Shown piece after piece: positions 1-12,902 of a DNA stretch of 46,904 nucleotides. A program made the translations under genes and the position numbers. Source of the DNA: Seison nebaliae (taxonomy: Eukaryota); contig JALJEE010000091.1 in NCBI GenBank assembly GCA_023231475.1, forward strand, positions 1 through 46,904, given 5' to 3'. Every line of letters begins with the position of its first letter. The stretch's first letter is position 1. Below the pieces are notes generated by a model that worked only from the letters and a program-made list of their open reading frames with translations, did no database searches and was not told the origin of the DNA.

Positions 1-59
1 TTTTTCAACGAATATAGTATTGTCCCAGTACTATTCTGTCGGTTAAAGTAGGAAAAGGA

Positions 60-222
60 CTTTCAAAAAAATGTGGCTTCGCCGTCCCTTTTTTTCTCCT
101 TTTCTTTCCTTCACTTCGTTTCCCTTCGCGAAGTGGTAGTATGTATAGCTCGCGAAAGGGGGATTTATTAAAAGGGGGACGAAGAAATTAATTTCCCTTC
201 GCACTTCGTATCCCCATCACTA
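60..222. mobile_element. Probable right terminus of a hAT-like DNA transposon/MITE (left end outside the window)
   Basis: Ends in CCCCATCACTA (reverse complement TAGTGATGGGG, resembling hAT TIRs). Preceded by clustered CTTCG/CGAAG subterminal repeats in both orientations. Abuts a truncated MULE transposase frame. The partner TIR and TSD are not visible. Confidence 0.35.
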
Positions 223-232
223 CCTACAATTC

Positions 233-586
233 ATTGGTTATCGGGATATTCGGAATAATTTGATAAACAATCATTTTCCGATTCATGTTTGGAACAATTT
301 CTAAGCAATGCGGAAAAACAGCACTCCTTCTATTACTAATAGTATTGCGGAAAGTTTCAATAATTATTTCAATCGAATATCCTCCGGCCAACAGGTAGGT
401 ATATTCTGATTCTTGGATAACATCGAAGAAGTTGAAACATACATTGAGATAAGGATTTTGGAAGCAGAAAAGAATAAAAATCCAAAAATGAAGAAAACAC
501 TTACTGCTCGTTTGAAAAACTTAATTGACGCATTTGATACGATGGACTCTTCATCGTATTTCGAAGAAATAAAGGAAATTGTATGA
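233..586 (+). pseudogene. Degenerate Mutator-like (MULE) transposase, C-terminal fragment
   Basis: Frame reads IGYRDIRNNLINNHFPIHVWNNF*AMRKNSTPSITNSIAESFNNYFNRISSGQQVGIF*FLDNIEEV...EIV*. This matches the MULE pattern FPxxxWN...TNNxxExxNNxFN...xIWxF. In-frame stops at 302-304 (TAA) and 407-409 (TGA). Confidence 0.65.
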
Positions 587-2298
587 AATATCTATAATAT
601 AGTAAATATCTTTGGCTTATATGTTTTTCTCCCGTTCCCAACGGCACAACGATGGGACACACGTCTCACGGAACGTAGAGATGTCCTACCACTGACCGTA
701 GAGGAGATCGATCAACTTTCAATTTATCCCGACGAGAATTTGACTTAAAAAAAAGAAAAAAAATTAGGTCAATTCTTATCATCCAAGATACAGGGTCGTA
801 AGTTATTATCGGAAAATTACGAAATTACATTCGAATTAAAGTGTAATTTTAATTAAAATAAGTCTGAGTGAAATTATATATTTTATTGCTGAAAATTCTT
901 CTCACAAATTTTTAATCGTTTCATTGACGGGTGAACTGCTGTGTTACATTGGAAGTTACTAATTATTTTGAAGCAATACAAATAAAGTTTTATCGGCATA
1001 ATTTTACAATCTCACAATATGACGTCGGATAATGTGATATCGTCTGATATACAAAGGCACATTTGAGAAGAATAATTTTCAATGTGAAAAGCAAACTTAG
1101 AAAATCTAAAATTTGTTCTTTTCAGAAAGAAGAGGAAATCATCAAAAGAACAGAAAGAGAATATTGCAAAACTTGTAGAGCGATTTCTGATAAAAATAAA
1201 TAAGATTTTTTTTCAATTTAAAACGGAAATAACTCAACTATATAAATGTGTTTCGCTAAAAAAAGTTCTGGATATTTTCTATGTGAGTGAAATAGAAAAT
1301 GACTAAGCTATTGAGAATCTGTAACAAAAATGAAGGATGTTGTAAGAAAATATCATAAATCGAAATGTGTTGGTTGAAATTTTCGTTTTAAATAACTTTA
1401 GAGAAATTGGATGAGAATTAAGGCAAAAAAATCTTTGTTATGTTGTTGGATGGGCATAAATTGTTCGAATTCGTACAAATGTTGAAAAGGTAGTTTTCTT
1501 ATAAATAGAACAAAATATCAAATTTTAGGAAGAAATTAAGAATGAGTTTGTTTCGGTTAATTTCATCGAAAAATAATGATCGAATTTTTCTGAATAATTT
1601 AACGTTTCAATTTATTTATCTACAAAAGAAAAAGTTAGTGATGAAAAAATGGATTTAAATTAAAAAACTATGTTTTAACGATTCAGGATTGGTGATCGGT
1701 TCTTGTTCATTTTTCTCTTCTGTTAAATGATAAAAGGAAAATTAAAAGAAATAGGAGAAAATGTGAGAAAGGAAGAAATGAGGTAATGTTTTTCCACCAA
1801 ACTAAAAATGAAAGCAGAAATGAAGCTACAAGAAAATCAAATTATAAAAAATCAATATTCCATCCATCAACAACAAAGAAACATTCCAAAATCAAGAAGA
1901 ATTTTTTGAAGCATATTTTTTGCAGGTTGCACAGCAATAAATTTCGTTTTTTTCCGAAATGAATGATAACAATTTGAACACAGATCAATTGAAGCAAATA
2001 ATGTAGAGCCATATCTCAAATGAACTACACAAATTTTCATCATCGCTTAAATCTAGAACTCTTTAATCATTTTGCACACTTATAATGATAGAAAGATGAA
2101 TAAGTATATAGACATAGATGGACTAGTCTTCCGTATTATTACTTACATGTGACTTTTATCATATTGTACTCACAAAAATGAGTATCGGTTACACCTTTCA
2201 ACAAATGACGTCGAACAATTAGTAGTAAGCGAAATATACTGAGGAGAAAGATGAGACAATGAGAATGTCCATATGGATTCATGTATGTGGAATTACAC

Positions 2299-5200
2299 TT
2301 ATTGATCATATTGATGATTATTATTGAATTTCATTGAGAAATGATCATCATCATTTCGTTGGTTTGTGGATGTTGGATATAAGTAAGAGTTGAATGAAGA
2401 TGTATCTATATTGGTTGTGGTTAACGTGTTGTCAACAGTCAAAGCGATCTGTTCTTCATCTTGTTTCACAAGGGAATTATCTAATAATTCTTCTTCATCT
2501 GATGAATTCTTGTCCATTTGTTGTTCTTGTGAATCTTCGAATTCTTCATTCTTAAGAGAATCAGTTGAAGAGTGATGAGATTCTAAAAAATAAATAATTT
2601 CTTTTAAATAAAGAATTCTAATGAAACCTTTATATTCATCAACGTTCGATATTTCTTCATTTTCATCTTTCATATCATTTTCCTTCAAATCATGAAATTC
2701 CTGATTATTCACATCGACTTCAATTTCTTCTTTTTGGGCACCATCCTCTTTATCAGAAGTTCCATCTTCAACTTCAACGATTTCTTTATTTTTTCCATGA
2801 GAAGATTGACTGTTCAAACTTTCTTTTGAATCATTTAAAGATTTTTTGTCAACGGAACTCCGTTCAAACTCGTCATAAAAACTCTTCTCGTTATCGGAAT
2901 CATTATGGTCGAACACATTATTTGATAATTTATCCGAATGTTTATCCTTCTCATCACCACCGGAGGGAATATCTTTAAATTCGTTTTGATTCTCTAACGA
3001 TTCTTCAACATCTTCAAGTTCTTCTTCGTTTGTTGTCGATTCTTTGTCATTAACATCTTGTTCCACTTCCATTCCATCTATATCCCCTCCATAAATTTCA
3101 TCATCATTCTCAACCTGTTCGTCGTCACCAGATGATTGATCATTTTGACTATTAATATCGTCATGGTCATATGATTGAGTGTTAATTTCAACTTCATCTT
3201 TAGCATTGATTTGATAAATCTCATCCCCATGAATATGAACGTCATTGTCATCTTTCTCCTCATCAGTTTGATGATAATCCTCATCACCATCATATTCTTG
3301 ATGATCATCCCGTAACTCCAACTCTGATGCTTGTCTCACAATATCGGCTAATATGTTTTAAGTGATTCAAATAAAAAGGTTGAGGAATTATTAAACAGCA
3401 AACAATATTTAAGTCAGTTCATGATAATATTTTTCTAATTTTTTCTACTTTTTCAAATCATATTCATGAAGCGGGAAACCATAAGGAAGTAAAGTTGAAA
3501 GAAAAGAAAAGTAAAGAAGGCTCTTTTGGGTGGCTATTCATGAACGTCACTCTAGAATTAAACTTCAAACAACTATAAATTAGCTGTACTATTCATTAAC
3601 TGAAGTATACATCTTGCTGCACTTACAATTATAAGTTTCGTCTAAAACAACATCTACATTTTCTTCTCCACCATTGCGTCATTGTAATAGCCACCGGCAG
3701 AAATGATTTGACCTTCCACAGTATCCACTGGTTCGGCGACTACATTTTCTTCTGCTGGTTTGCTACAATCTACTTTACTTTCTGCACATTTCTCAACTAC
3801 TTTCGATTCTTCTTCAGTAGCAAGAACTACTTTCTCCTTCTCTTCCTTTTCTTTCTTTTCTTCACTCTTGGATGTTTCTTCGATTATTTTCAATATTTGG
3901 TTCTCAACATCATCAGTGGATATCAACGGTTCAACATCAGTTGCATCTTTAGCCAACTCATTTTTACTATTCATCGATTCGTTCTCTGCAATATCCTTAA
4001 TCATCTTTATGTCTGATTTCTCTTCAACTTCAACATATCTTTGAGCTTCACATACTTCTTTATTTTTTGGACATTTTTCACCAGATTTTTGTTCACAACA
4101 TTTCTCACAGCTTTCAACACATTCTTCCACTGTATTTGATACATTAAATTTCTCTTCTTCCGCAGAAATGTTTTTGGACTGAAATTCTGCCTTTTTCTCC
4201 ACTAGTGGTTCTGAAATTTCTTCTGTTACTTCCTCTGATTTTTCTTCTCGTTTTTGTTCGGATTCATCTTCAGGTTTATCTTCAGACTTCTCCTCCGGTT
4301 TTACCTCAGATTCTTCTGGTGATTTTTCTTCAGGTTTCTCTTTGGGTGTGTTTTCCGACACTTCTTCTTGTTTCTCTTCCTGTTTTTCTTCACATTTTTC
4401 ATCTGATTTCGTATCTGATTTTTCTTCCGGTTTTTCATCTGGTTTGGCATCTGATTGTTCTTCAGATTTTTCCTCCAGTTTTTCATCTGGTTTTTCTTCA
4501 GGTTTTGTCTCTGTTACTTCTTCGGATTTTTCTTCCGATTTTTCATCTGGTTTTGCTTCCGATTTTTCTTCACATTTTTGTTCAGATATTTCTTCCGGTT
4601 TTTCTTCTGGTTTTTCTTGAGATTGTTCTTCTAATTTTTCTTCAGATTTCTCTTCAGGTTTGGTCTCTGTTACTTCTTCCGATTTTTCTTCCGATTTTTT
4701 ATCTGGTTTTGCTTCCGATTTAACCTCCGATATTTCTTCCGATTTTTCTTCCAATTTTTCATCTGGTTTTTCTTCTGATTTTTCTTCTGATTTTTCTTCA
4801 AATTTCTCTTCAGGTTTGGTCTCTGTTACTTCGGATTTTTCTGCCAATTTTTCATCTGGTTTTTCTTCTGAGTTTTCTTCACATTTTTGTTCAGATGTTT
4901 CTTCCGGTTTTTCTTCTGGTTTTTCTTCAGATTTTTCTTCAGATTTTTCTTCCGGTTTTTCTTCAGATTTTTTTTCAGATTTATCTTCAGGCTTCTCCTC
5001 CGGTTTTATCTCAGATTCTTCTGGTGATTTTTCTTCAGGTTTCTCTTTGGGTGTGTTTTCCGACACTTCTTCTTGTTTCTCTTCCTGTTTTTCTTCACAT
5101 TTTTCATCTGATTTCGTATCTGATTTTTCTTCCAGTTTTTCATCTGGTTTGGCATCTGATTTTTCATCTGGTTTTTCTTCAGATTGTTCTTCAGATTTTT

Positions 5201-7129
5201 CTTCCAGTTTTTCTTCTGCTTTTTCTTCCAGTTTTTCTTCTGGCTTTTCTTCTCTTTTTTCTTGTTTTTCTTCTGATTTTTCGTCTGACTTTTCTTCGGA
5301 TTTTTCTTCCGGTTCTTCATCTGGTTTTTCATCTGGTTTTTGTTCAGATTTTTGTTCAGATTTTTCTTCAAATTTTTGTTCAGATTTTTCTTCTGGTTTT
5401 TCATCAGGTTTTTCTTCAAATTTTTCATCCGATTTTTCTTCAGATTTGGTCTCCGTTATTTTTTCGGATTTCTCTTCTGATTTTTCTTCAAGTTTTTCAT
5501 CGGTTTTGGTCTCCGATATTGCTTCCGGTTTTTCTTCCGGTTTTTCTTCCGGGTTTTGATCCATTTTTTTTTCAGGTTTTTCTTCTGATTTTTCTTCTGA
5601 TTTTTCGTCCGGTTTTGCTTCGGTTTTTTGTTTAGGTTTGTCATCTGAAACTTCTTGATGTTTTTCCTCAGATGTTTCTTCAGATTTATCAACTGAGACT
5701 CCTTCTGGTTTTTCGTCAAGTTTGGTCTCCGATACTGCTTCTGATTTTTCTTCAGATTTTTCTACTGATTTTTCCTCAGGTTTTTCTTCAGTTTTAGTTT
5801 CTATTTGAGGTGTCGATTCTTCTTCAACCGTTTTCGAACTTTCATCAATTTCAGTTTTATCTTCTGACTTGCTTGACACGTCCACTGCTTCACATTTTCC
5901 TTCTAATGTTTGTTCATTTTTACTATCTTTTTTCTGGTCGTCGCCGACATTTGGTTCAACATCAAATGTTGATTCATCATTACAATCTTCGAAGACATCT
6001 TCATCGGCGTCGTATTCTCGGGCGGAATTGCGACGTTCAGATGCTTCCTTACGTGTGATGTTATCTATAAGATCGATGTAAAATGTGCGAGTTCAAAGGA
6101 TGATAGTAGCAGATGAAAATATCTTACGAATCAATTGCATAAAAAGTATTAATAAGTAGAGATATGAAGAAGCCAAAAGGAGAAGATGTTAGACATATCA
6201 GAAGAATAAGAATAATTAATATACAGATAGTATAAGGAATTTAAAATGTTGAGAAAAGTTTAAAGTAATCTCGTTCAACAGGTTAACATATTGACCAAAA
6301 GTATAAAGATTGGTAGGAAGCGTTATCATCAACTGTTATTACAAAGCATCTAAGCAACTGAATGTTTTAGCAAAATCACCTGCACTGTTATTTATGGTAA
6401 ATGTCATCAATCCGTCATTATATGACGTGTTGGAATAATCGTTATCGAAATTTGTATTGTTCTTAAATGCATCCGATGCATCATTAAGTACGTTTTTCAC
6501 TTCGTTCTTCATTGATTCGAAATCATTTGTAACATTTATATTTATGTTATCGAGATCAGTTTCCAATTTATTGACGTTGTCTTTCATATCGTCTTTCATA
6601 TCATCCAATTTATTTTTTAAATCAGAGACATCCATTAATTCCTCAGTTTGGTCTTTAACGTCTTCCATTAATTCTTCAGTTTTTTCTTTAGTGTCTTCCA
6701 TCAGTTCTTCCGTTTGATCTTTAGCGTCATCCATTACTTTTTCGATATCTTCTTTCGCTTCTTTCAATATTTCTTCAGTTTTCAGCTCTGCTGCATCCAT
6801 TGTTGCATCGACTTTATCTTGAGCTTCATCAATCGTTTCTTCAACTTTATCTCCAACTTCTTCCACTTTTTCTTTCGTTGCTTCAACGGCATTATCTGCT
6901 TCTACTTCTGCAGAGATTTCCATCGATTTGGAATCAATCACTTCAACTATATGTTCACTCTGATCTTTCATTTCGTCAATTGGATTAGCTGCATCAACAT
7001 AGATTGTTTCTTTTGTTATTTCAGTTTCATCTTCTGTTGATTCACGATCACCACCGAAAACATTTTTAACGGCATCTTGTGCCCGATTAAAGAATCCGCC
7101 GAACAATCCGGCTTTTTTCTCTTCATTTC
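2299..7129 (-). CDS. Large acidic low-complexity exons (7129-6380, 6064-~3627, 3347-2628, 2582-2299), probably a C-terminal extension of RSPH1
   Basis: ORFs 6339-7187, 3654-5885 and 2299-3339 each follow a YAG acceptor in phase 1. Matching phase-1 donors lie at 7234 (GTAAAT), 6379 (GTGATT), 3626 (GTAAGT) and 2627 (GTTTCA, 45-nt in-frame intron). None has a convincing ATG of its own. E/K/D-rich. Confidence 0.6.
4230..5800 (-). repeat. Coding tandem repeat, 12-bp unit encoding K-[S/P]-[E/D]-E, with an internal block duplication
   Basis: Plus strand is dominated by TTTTCTTCA/C/T-GA/GG units. The block encoding SDTKSDEKCEEKQEEKQEEVSENTPKEKPEEKSPEESE occurs twice, near 4321 and 5026 (offset 705 bp). 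Confidence 0.9.
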
Positions 7130-7234
7130 CTGATAGATTGGAAGCGAAATTAAATGGAAATAATAGAAACTGAATTACCAAAATCAAATTAGAAGAAAAT
7201 AATTCGAATCTATCCCAAAGAAAATCTTATTTAC

Positions 7235-8550
7235 CGTCACTAGTTTCCGTCGGAAGTTCAGCACCAATCGGTGCAGTTTCCGTTGCAGGTTCTTCCACAT
7301 TCTGTTTCTTCTCTACATCATCAACCTCATTCTTTACTTCCTTATCCTCTGCGCTACCTTTACTACGTACTAAATTATCCGGCTCTGGAGAGGCAACTTG
7401 ATCGGTTGCTATAAAATTCCTTATTCTTTTCATAACTCGCCTCTAATCTACTAACCTAATTCATCGGTTTGTTCTGTCGTTGGTTCGGTTGGTTCAGGTA
7501 ATCCACTTTCCGTTCCTGCTGTTTGATCATCTTTTTTCTCTTCTTCTTCCTCCACTTCTTCTTCTTCTTCTTCTTCGTCTTTCTTCTCTTCCAATTCCTC
7601 CGTAGAGGCGGCTGGAGGCTCTTCATCTTTCGCTACCTTTCTCGTTTCACCAGCAATCCATTTTGGAATAACTTTTGGTTCGGTTTCTGATTCAGCATCG
7701 GCATCTGGAGTCTGTAACATAATTGAGAAATTGTTTTTTCGATTTTGATATTAAAATAAAAATTAGTCTTTTAACTTCTTCCACCAATTGATAATCTCCG
7801 AGTTGTTCGCATCCCACGTCGAAAACATATTTACCGGGTCCTTTGGGCTAAATGGAGATTGAAGGTTATTTGTATTATGAAAGAATACAATCATCTAACC
7901 AGATCATCAACAAACATTCCTTCATATTTATAATTGGAATAATAAACTTCGCCAAATCCGTTTCGTTTTCCATCCTTCCATTCTCCAATATATTTTGCAC
8001 CCGTTTCAGCATAAGTATAAGTGCCTTTTCCGTGACGCATATGGTTCTCCCAAGCTCCATCATAAACATCTTTATTTTTATAAGTGTAGATTCCATTACC
8101 GTTTCTCAAATTCTCTGCCCATGAACCTGTTTATAATACAAACAATTTCTCATTTTAGTCGATATTTAAGAACGTTACCTTCATATTTCGATCCGTCGGG
8201 ATAATAGAAGATACCTTCGCCATCTTTTTTACCTTCTTTAAAATCTCCCACATATTTTGCACCTGTTTTGAACCTTTAAATATTTATCGTTAATTTCATA
8301 TTACGACCACTCTCTAACATGTAAGTTCCTTTGCCGTGTCTTTTGCCGTCCTGGTAAGTTCCTTTGTATGAATCACCATTAGGCAATTTCGCCTCACCTT
8401 GTCCATGGCGTTCCCCTTTATCATTCCTTTCACCCTTATATTCCTGAAATGGGAATTACTTGATAGAAAGAAAAATTTTCAATGTCCAACACCAATGTAG
8501 TTTGATTGATCTTCGCTTTGTTCGTCTTCAACATTATCGTAATCATTCAT
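7235..8550 (-). CDS. RSPH1: Radial spoke head 1 homolog (MORN-repeat ciliary protein), conserved multi-exon core
   Basis: Spliced frame from ATG 8550: [131 protein letters not shown]...[19 protein letters not shown]..., i.e. tandem MORN repeats then an acidic tail. Introns are GT-AG and about 45-65 nt. An X-box lies upstream. Confidence 0.85.
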
Positions 8551-8698
8551 TTTGGTTAAGAAAAAGTTTTGTTGAAATAAAGAAAGATTCGAAAAGAAAG
8601 ATTTGAAATATCTGCACAATATAACGAAATAATAGACGACGGTCAATATTATGGAATTCTGCAAATATAATTCCGGTTAGATATTTCGTATGTTACTG

Positions 8699-8711
8699 GT
8701 TGCTTAGCAAC
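8699..8711. promoter_or_regulatory. RFX X-box upstream of RSPH1
   Basis: Palindromic GTTGCTTAGCAAC fits the X-box consensus GTNRC(N0-3)RGYAAC. It is about 150 bp upstream of the ATG of a motile-cilia gene, the typical RFX target position. Confidence 0.75.
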
Positions 8712-9994
8712 CACCCCTTTTCCAACGTAAATTATTCAACTGCTTCTCCTTTCTGATTAACTCTATTCATTTAATATGTAAGCTTTCTACATAAATGCCA
8801 AAACAACATTTATATCAATTATTTATGCTCCATTATCATATAGTTCTTTCGATGTGAAATTGATGTGAAATGAATTACATAAAGAGTAACATTATTTCTC
8901 AGCATCATAATTTTCTACCTAAATATCCGACTAGACATTGTTCATAAAAGTGAAGGATAGAAAAAGATGAAATTTAGAAGAAACGTTTGAAAGAAATAAG
9001 GAAATTAAATGAAAGAAACGGAAGAAAATTTGTGGGAAATATATTAAAGTAATGAAGGTCAACTAATTCGATTTAATAATAGTGATACTTAACATTCTTT
9101 CCTCTTTTCTCTTCTTATTATTCTTCTTATGACTTTATCTCTCCTACTTTGAAATGATTTGAAAAGAAAATTACACTCATTTTCATGAGAATCATGAAGA
9201 AAACTCAATGATCATAGGCATTTTCATCGTATTTCCATTTAATTTTCTCCATGAAAATCAACACAAAGTCTATCGTAAAATGACATGTTGAGGTGAAAGA
9301 ATAATTTATAAACAGAAATCTTTAGTTTGATTTATTCATCTCATTCGATCAAGTAACATTTCATGGAATAATGATAAGAGAATTTGGGAAGAAACTGTAA
9401 CTCTTGGGAGGAGGCGAATTTCTACTAAAAAAAATTCCTATTGCAGCATTCGAATTACTGAACCAATTAGGTAATACGATATATCGTTTGTTGTTCATAA
9501 AGATGTTTGAAGGGATTCTGACTTCAATATCTTTTCGAGAGAAGATAAATATTATACTGAATTTAGAACGAACTAATAATATTCATATTTGCGGCGACCG
9601 GTACCCTTCTTTTCTTTAACAATAAAAACAACAACAGTTTTTAGGAGAAAAATATCCGCATTGACGATACATGTGTGAAGTATTGAAAAACATGTATGTA
9701 TATGTAGATAGAATGTATTTGTCTAACGGAAATGAATAATAATTATCTGAAAGAAAAAATTGTTATATAATTTTGAAGGAAATTGGGAAATGTTGCCGTT
9801 CCACAGGAAATGAAGAAAAACTGTCTAAATGTTGAATAATCTATATAAAAATCAGCACTGATGATTGTTGTGGAAATCAAACAGATTCAACATTTTCAAG
9901 TCATTTCTTGGAAGAGACATTTGTTGTGAAGAGGATAAGGATCATCACTCATCATCATAACTCTCTTCTTAATCGATATCTATCATTAGATCAA

Positions 9995-9997
<3 letters not shown>

Positions 9998-10023
<26 letters not shown>
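9998..10023. repeat. (TA)n microsatellite
   Basis: Run of about 13 TA units. Confidence 0.9.
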
Positions 10024-10026
<3 letters not shown>

Positions 10027-12902
10027 ACCGATAAAAAAAACTCTTTAAAATAAAATTCAACTAAGACTCAAAAAAAATAATTTTCTTAAATTCTCTAAGA
10101 ATTGGGAGAATGAAAGTTAAATAGGAAGAAAGAAAATTAACGAAAATAATAGTGATGTAATCGATTATGTTGGTGATGTTGATGATGATGATGATGTTAT
10201 TGGAAATAAGCGAATGGGCCAAGGGGAATGATGTTCATCTGATTTGAATGGAAAGTAAATGTATAATTGAATGAATAAATAAGTAAATGTGATAGAGAAG
10301 AAAATGAATAAGAAGAGGATATTAGTATAATAAATTCTGTTATCATCGATGAATCATTCGATGACCTCCATCAATGATAATGATGATAGAGGACATCCAT
10401 AAATGAAGAAAAAAATGTCGGACAATTCTCTTGCTCCTTTCTTTTCATCATCGATAAATAAATTGTTGCACTTCTATGTCTGTTTTCCTATGTAGGAAGA
10501 AAATTTCTGTTTCGCAGTCGATTGTTCCCAACTTTAACGCTAAACAAATCATGAAATGACACATTAAATAACGGATAAACATATTATTATATTCCTACAA
10601 TTTGCCTTAAATTGACTCATCACAATCGACAATGTTTGGAAAAATCAGATTGAGGACAGTCAATTCAAATTGATGAACGACTCATTTATGAGAAATACCA
10701 GTTGATGTGTTCGATAGACGCGCACCGAACTTTTTAGGTAAGTAAAGAATGAATAGAAAGAGGAACATCGGTACAATAATTATCATTCTCATCAATAATA
10801 ATGATGGTGATAATCGAAATAATTGTAACATATTCATCAATTAGATAAAGGGGACGTATATGCAAATGCTCTTTTTCGTCTCGATCGAATTCGACCGACT
10901 TTTCCTGAAACCTGGTGGGATTTATCAAAAAGAAAGAAACTCATTTTGTTGTTTATCTTAACTGGACCACCATCGACCGATGGTTGACATCTCGAACAAA
11001 TGCAACACATCCACTCAACATTGAGGACATCGACTATTTCCGAGTTGCCACTCTCAACTTCGTCGTCCGAATATCTCGTGGATAGGAATAATGCGCATAT
11101 AATCATCTCAAATTGACATATAAAACGAGAAAAATAAGCGGAAATATATTAGGGGGAAAAGTTTGGTGAGGGTGATAGAATGAAAAAAGAATTAATAATT
11201 GATGGAATAACATCCATCTTTTGTTCATTGGCAAATGATGTTGAATAATATTGTGACAACAGATAGTTTTGATGGATGAAATATCCTCCATGTATGTGGA
11301 TGTTCGAGTTTCCCCTCCAACCATTTCATATGTACAAGGGTAAGAAAAGATGAGGGGAATTTCCTAAAAATTTGCATTTTCCAATTCATGCATTTCCTTC
11401 ACCAGCTCCAAATTGTTAATCATCAATCACTAGACATACATTTCCTCATTCTATATGTTTTGCCCATCTAATATTAAGAAAGCATTAGAAGCAAACAAAC
11501 CGAAGGAACTTTTAAAAAAACACCACTAATAACATTGAGTGAGAGTCCGAATATGGAGAAGTTCTTGATCACAACTTCCACTTTCTCTCCTTTAAATTCA
11601 AGTTTGACTGACTTTCGGAATGATGGAGGAATTGGAAGAATACAATTCTAATATATTCATTTCGACTTAACTGGTTACGTATCTTCCCCATTTTTATATG
11701 CGTTCTCCACTAATATAATTAATAATGATAAATGTATTGCATTATTTACTTTTGAACCGAATATCAAGAAACAATAAAGGAAATTTGCTTTTTGTTATGT
11801 TTCAACCTATCTCTTCTTTCCGCCATTATCTTTCGATGGAGATGGAAGAAGAACATCGAATTATTTTCTCAGTTATTTTTCTCAAATAACATCCATAAAT
11901 CTTCATCTTACATCTGTTGAAACTTCTCATTCTATTCGGCGAATGTACACAATTGGTCGGCGATAATTTTGATTAAAACTCAATTTCAAATTCTCCTCAA
12001 TATTTACTGATCACTCCAATTATTTCGCTATTATCGATACGATCAAGGCTGAGGAAGGAAAGAATCAAACTCTTATTTTCTTAGCTCAATCACCACTTCG
12101 TCCGCTTTCCGATGCTCAACGATCACCGAATTGTTAGCGAGGAATTCAAAATGTTTTTTTATATACAAAACTGCCCATGACTACCCCAAAAAAATATTTA
12201 CAATTTTTTCGTCATAGTCGAAGATCCTTCTCCTACTACACACTCGTCAGTTATTGGCCGTGATGAAGCTGCTTCCAACTAAACGGAATGTTAAAGACTG
12301 CTCACAACATTGCCAATACTTATTATTACTCCTGTTGCTTCCATTCATTCCATTCCTCATTTATAAATTTTGTTAGTACAAAAAGATTTTTTTTTAAAAA
12401 ATACTCTCTATATTCAAGGATAAATTATCAAACTGAGCAGCGTTCAATTTATTCACTTCAGGGCAGTAATTGTGTAGTAGGAGAAGTAGAAAAAAAATCA
12501 GAAAATTGAATGACTTTTTCCCCTCTTTCATATCGATGATTGATGAAGTTAGAGTAGGGTCCATAATTTTCTTTCGCTTATTTGAGGTATTAAGAAAATT
12601 ATCATTCCAAATACGATAGAAAATAATTTACCCAATTAACTAAAAATTGTATTGTTATTATTCTCCTATTCGAAATGTTACCACTTTAAACAATTAGAAA
12701 GAAAGCAATTGACTCAAATGCGCAATTCGTCATACTATTTTAACAATTCAGTATAAAAATTATAACAAACCAAAAAATTGTACATAACATATATAATATA
12801 TATATAATAAATCATATTTATATATAAATATCAGTTATTTGGGAGAATTAACCTTAAAATTTTGCTTACATAAAAAAAGTATAACTAGAATAGAAAAAAA
12901 GA

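Noticed and set aside
233..586. Stop-codon reassignment suggested by in-frame TAA/TGA
   Set aside because: Conserved genes in the window terminate normally at TAA or TGA (TAG ends pol). The stops are pseudogene lesions.
4230..5800. Regularly spaced repeats as a possible CRISPR array
   Set aside because: Eukaryotic coding tandem repeat with no unique spacers and no cas genes.
3708..6081. Long plus-strand ORFs rich in F/S/L (e.g. 4660-5559, 4895-5635) and alternate-frame K/N/Q ORFs
   Set aside because: Antisense or off-frame shadows of the E/K repeat exon, which lacks stop codons in other frames.
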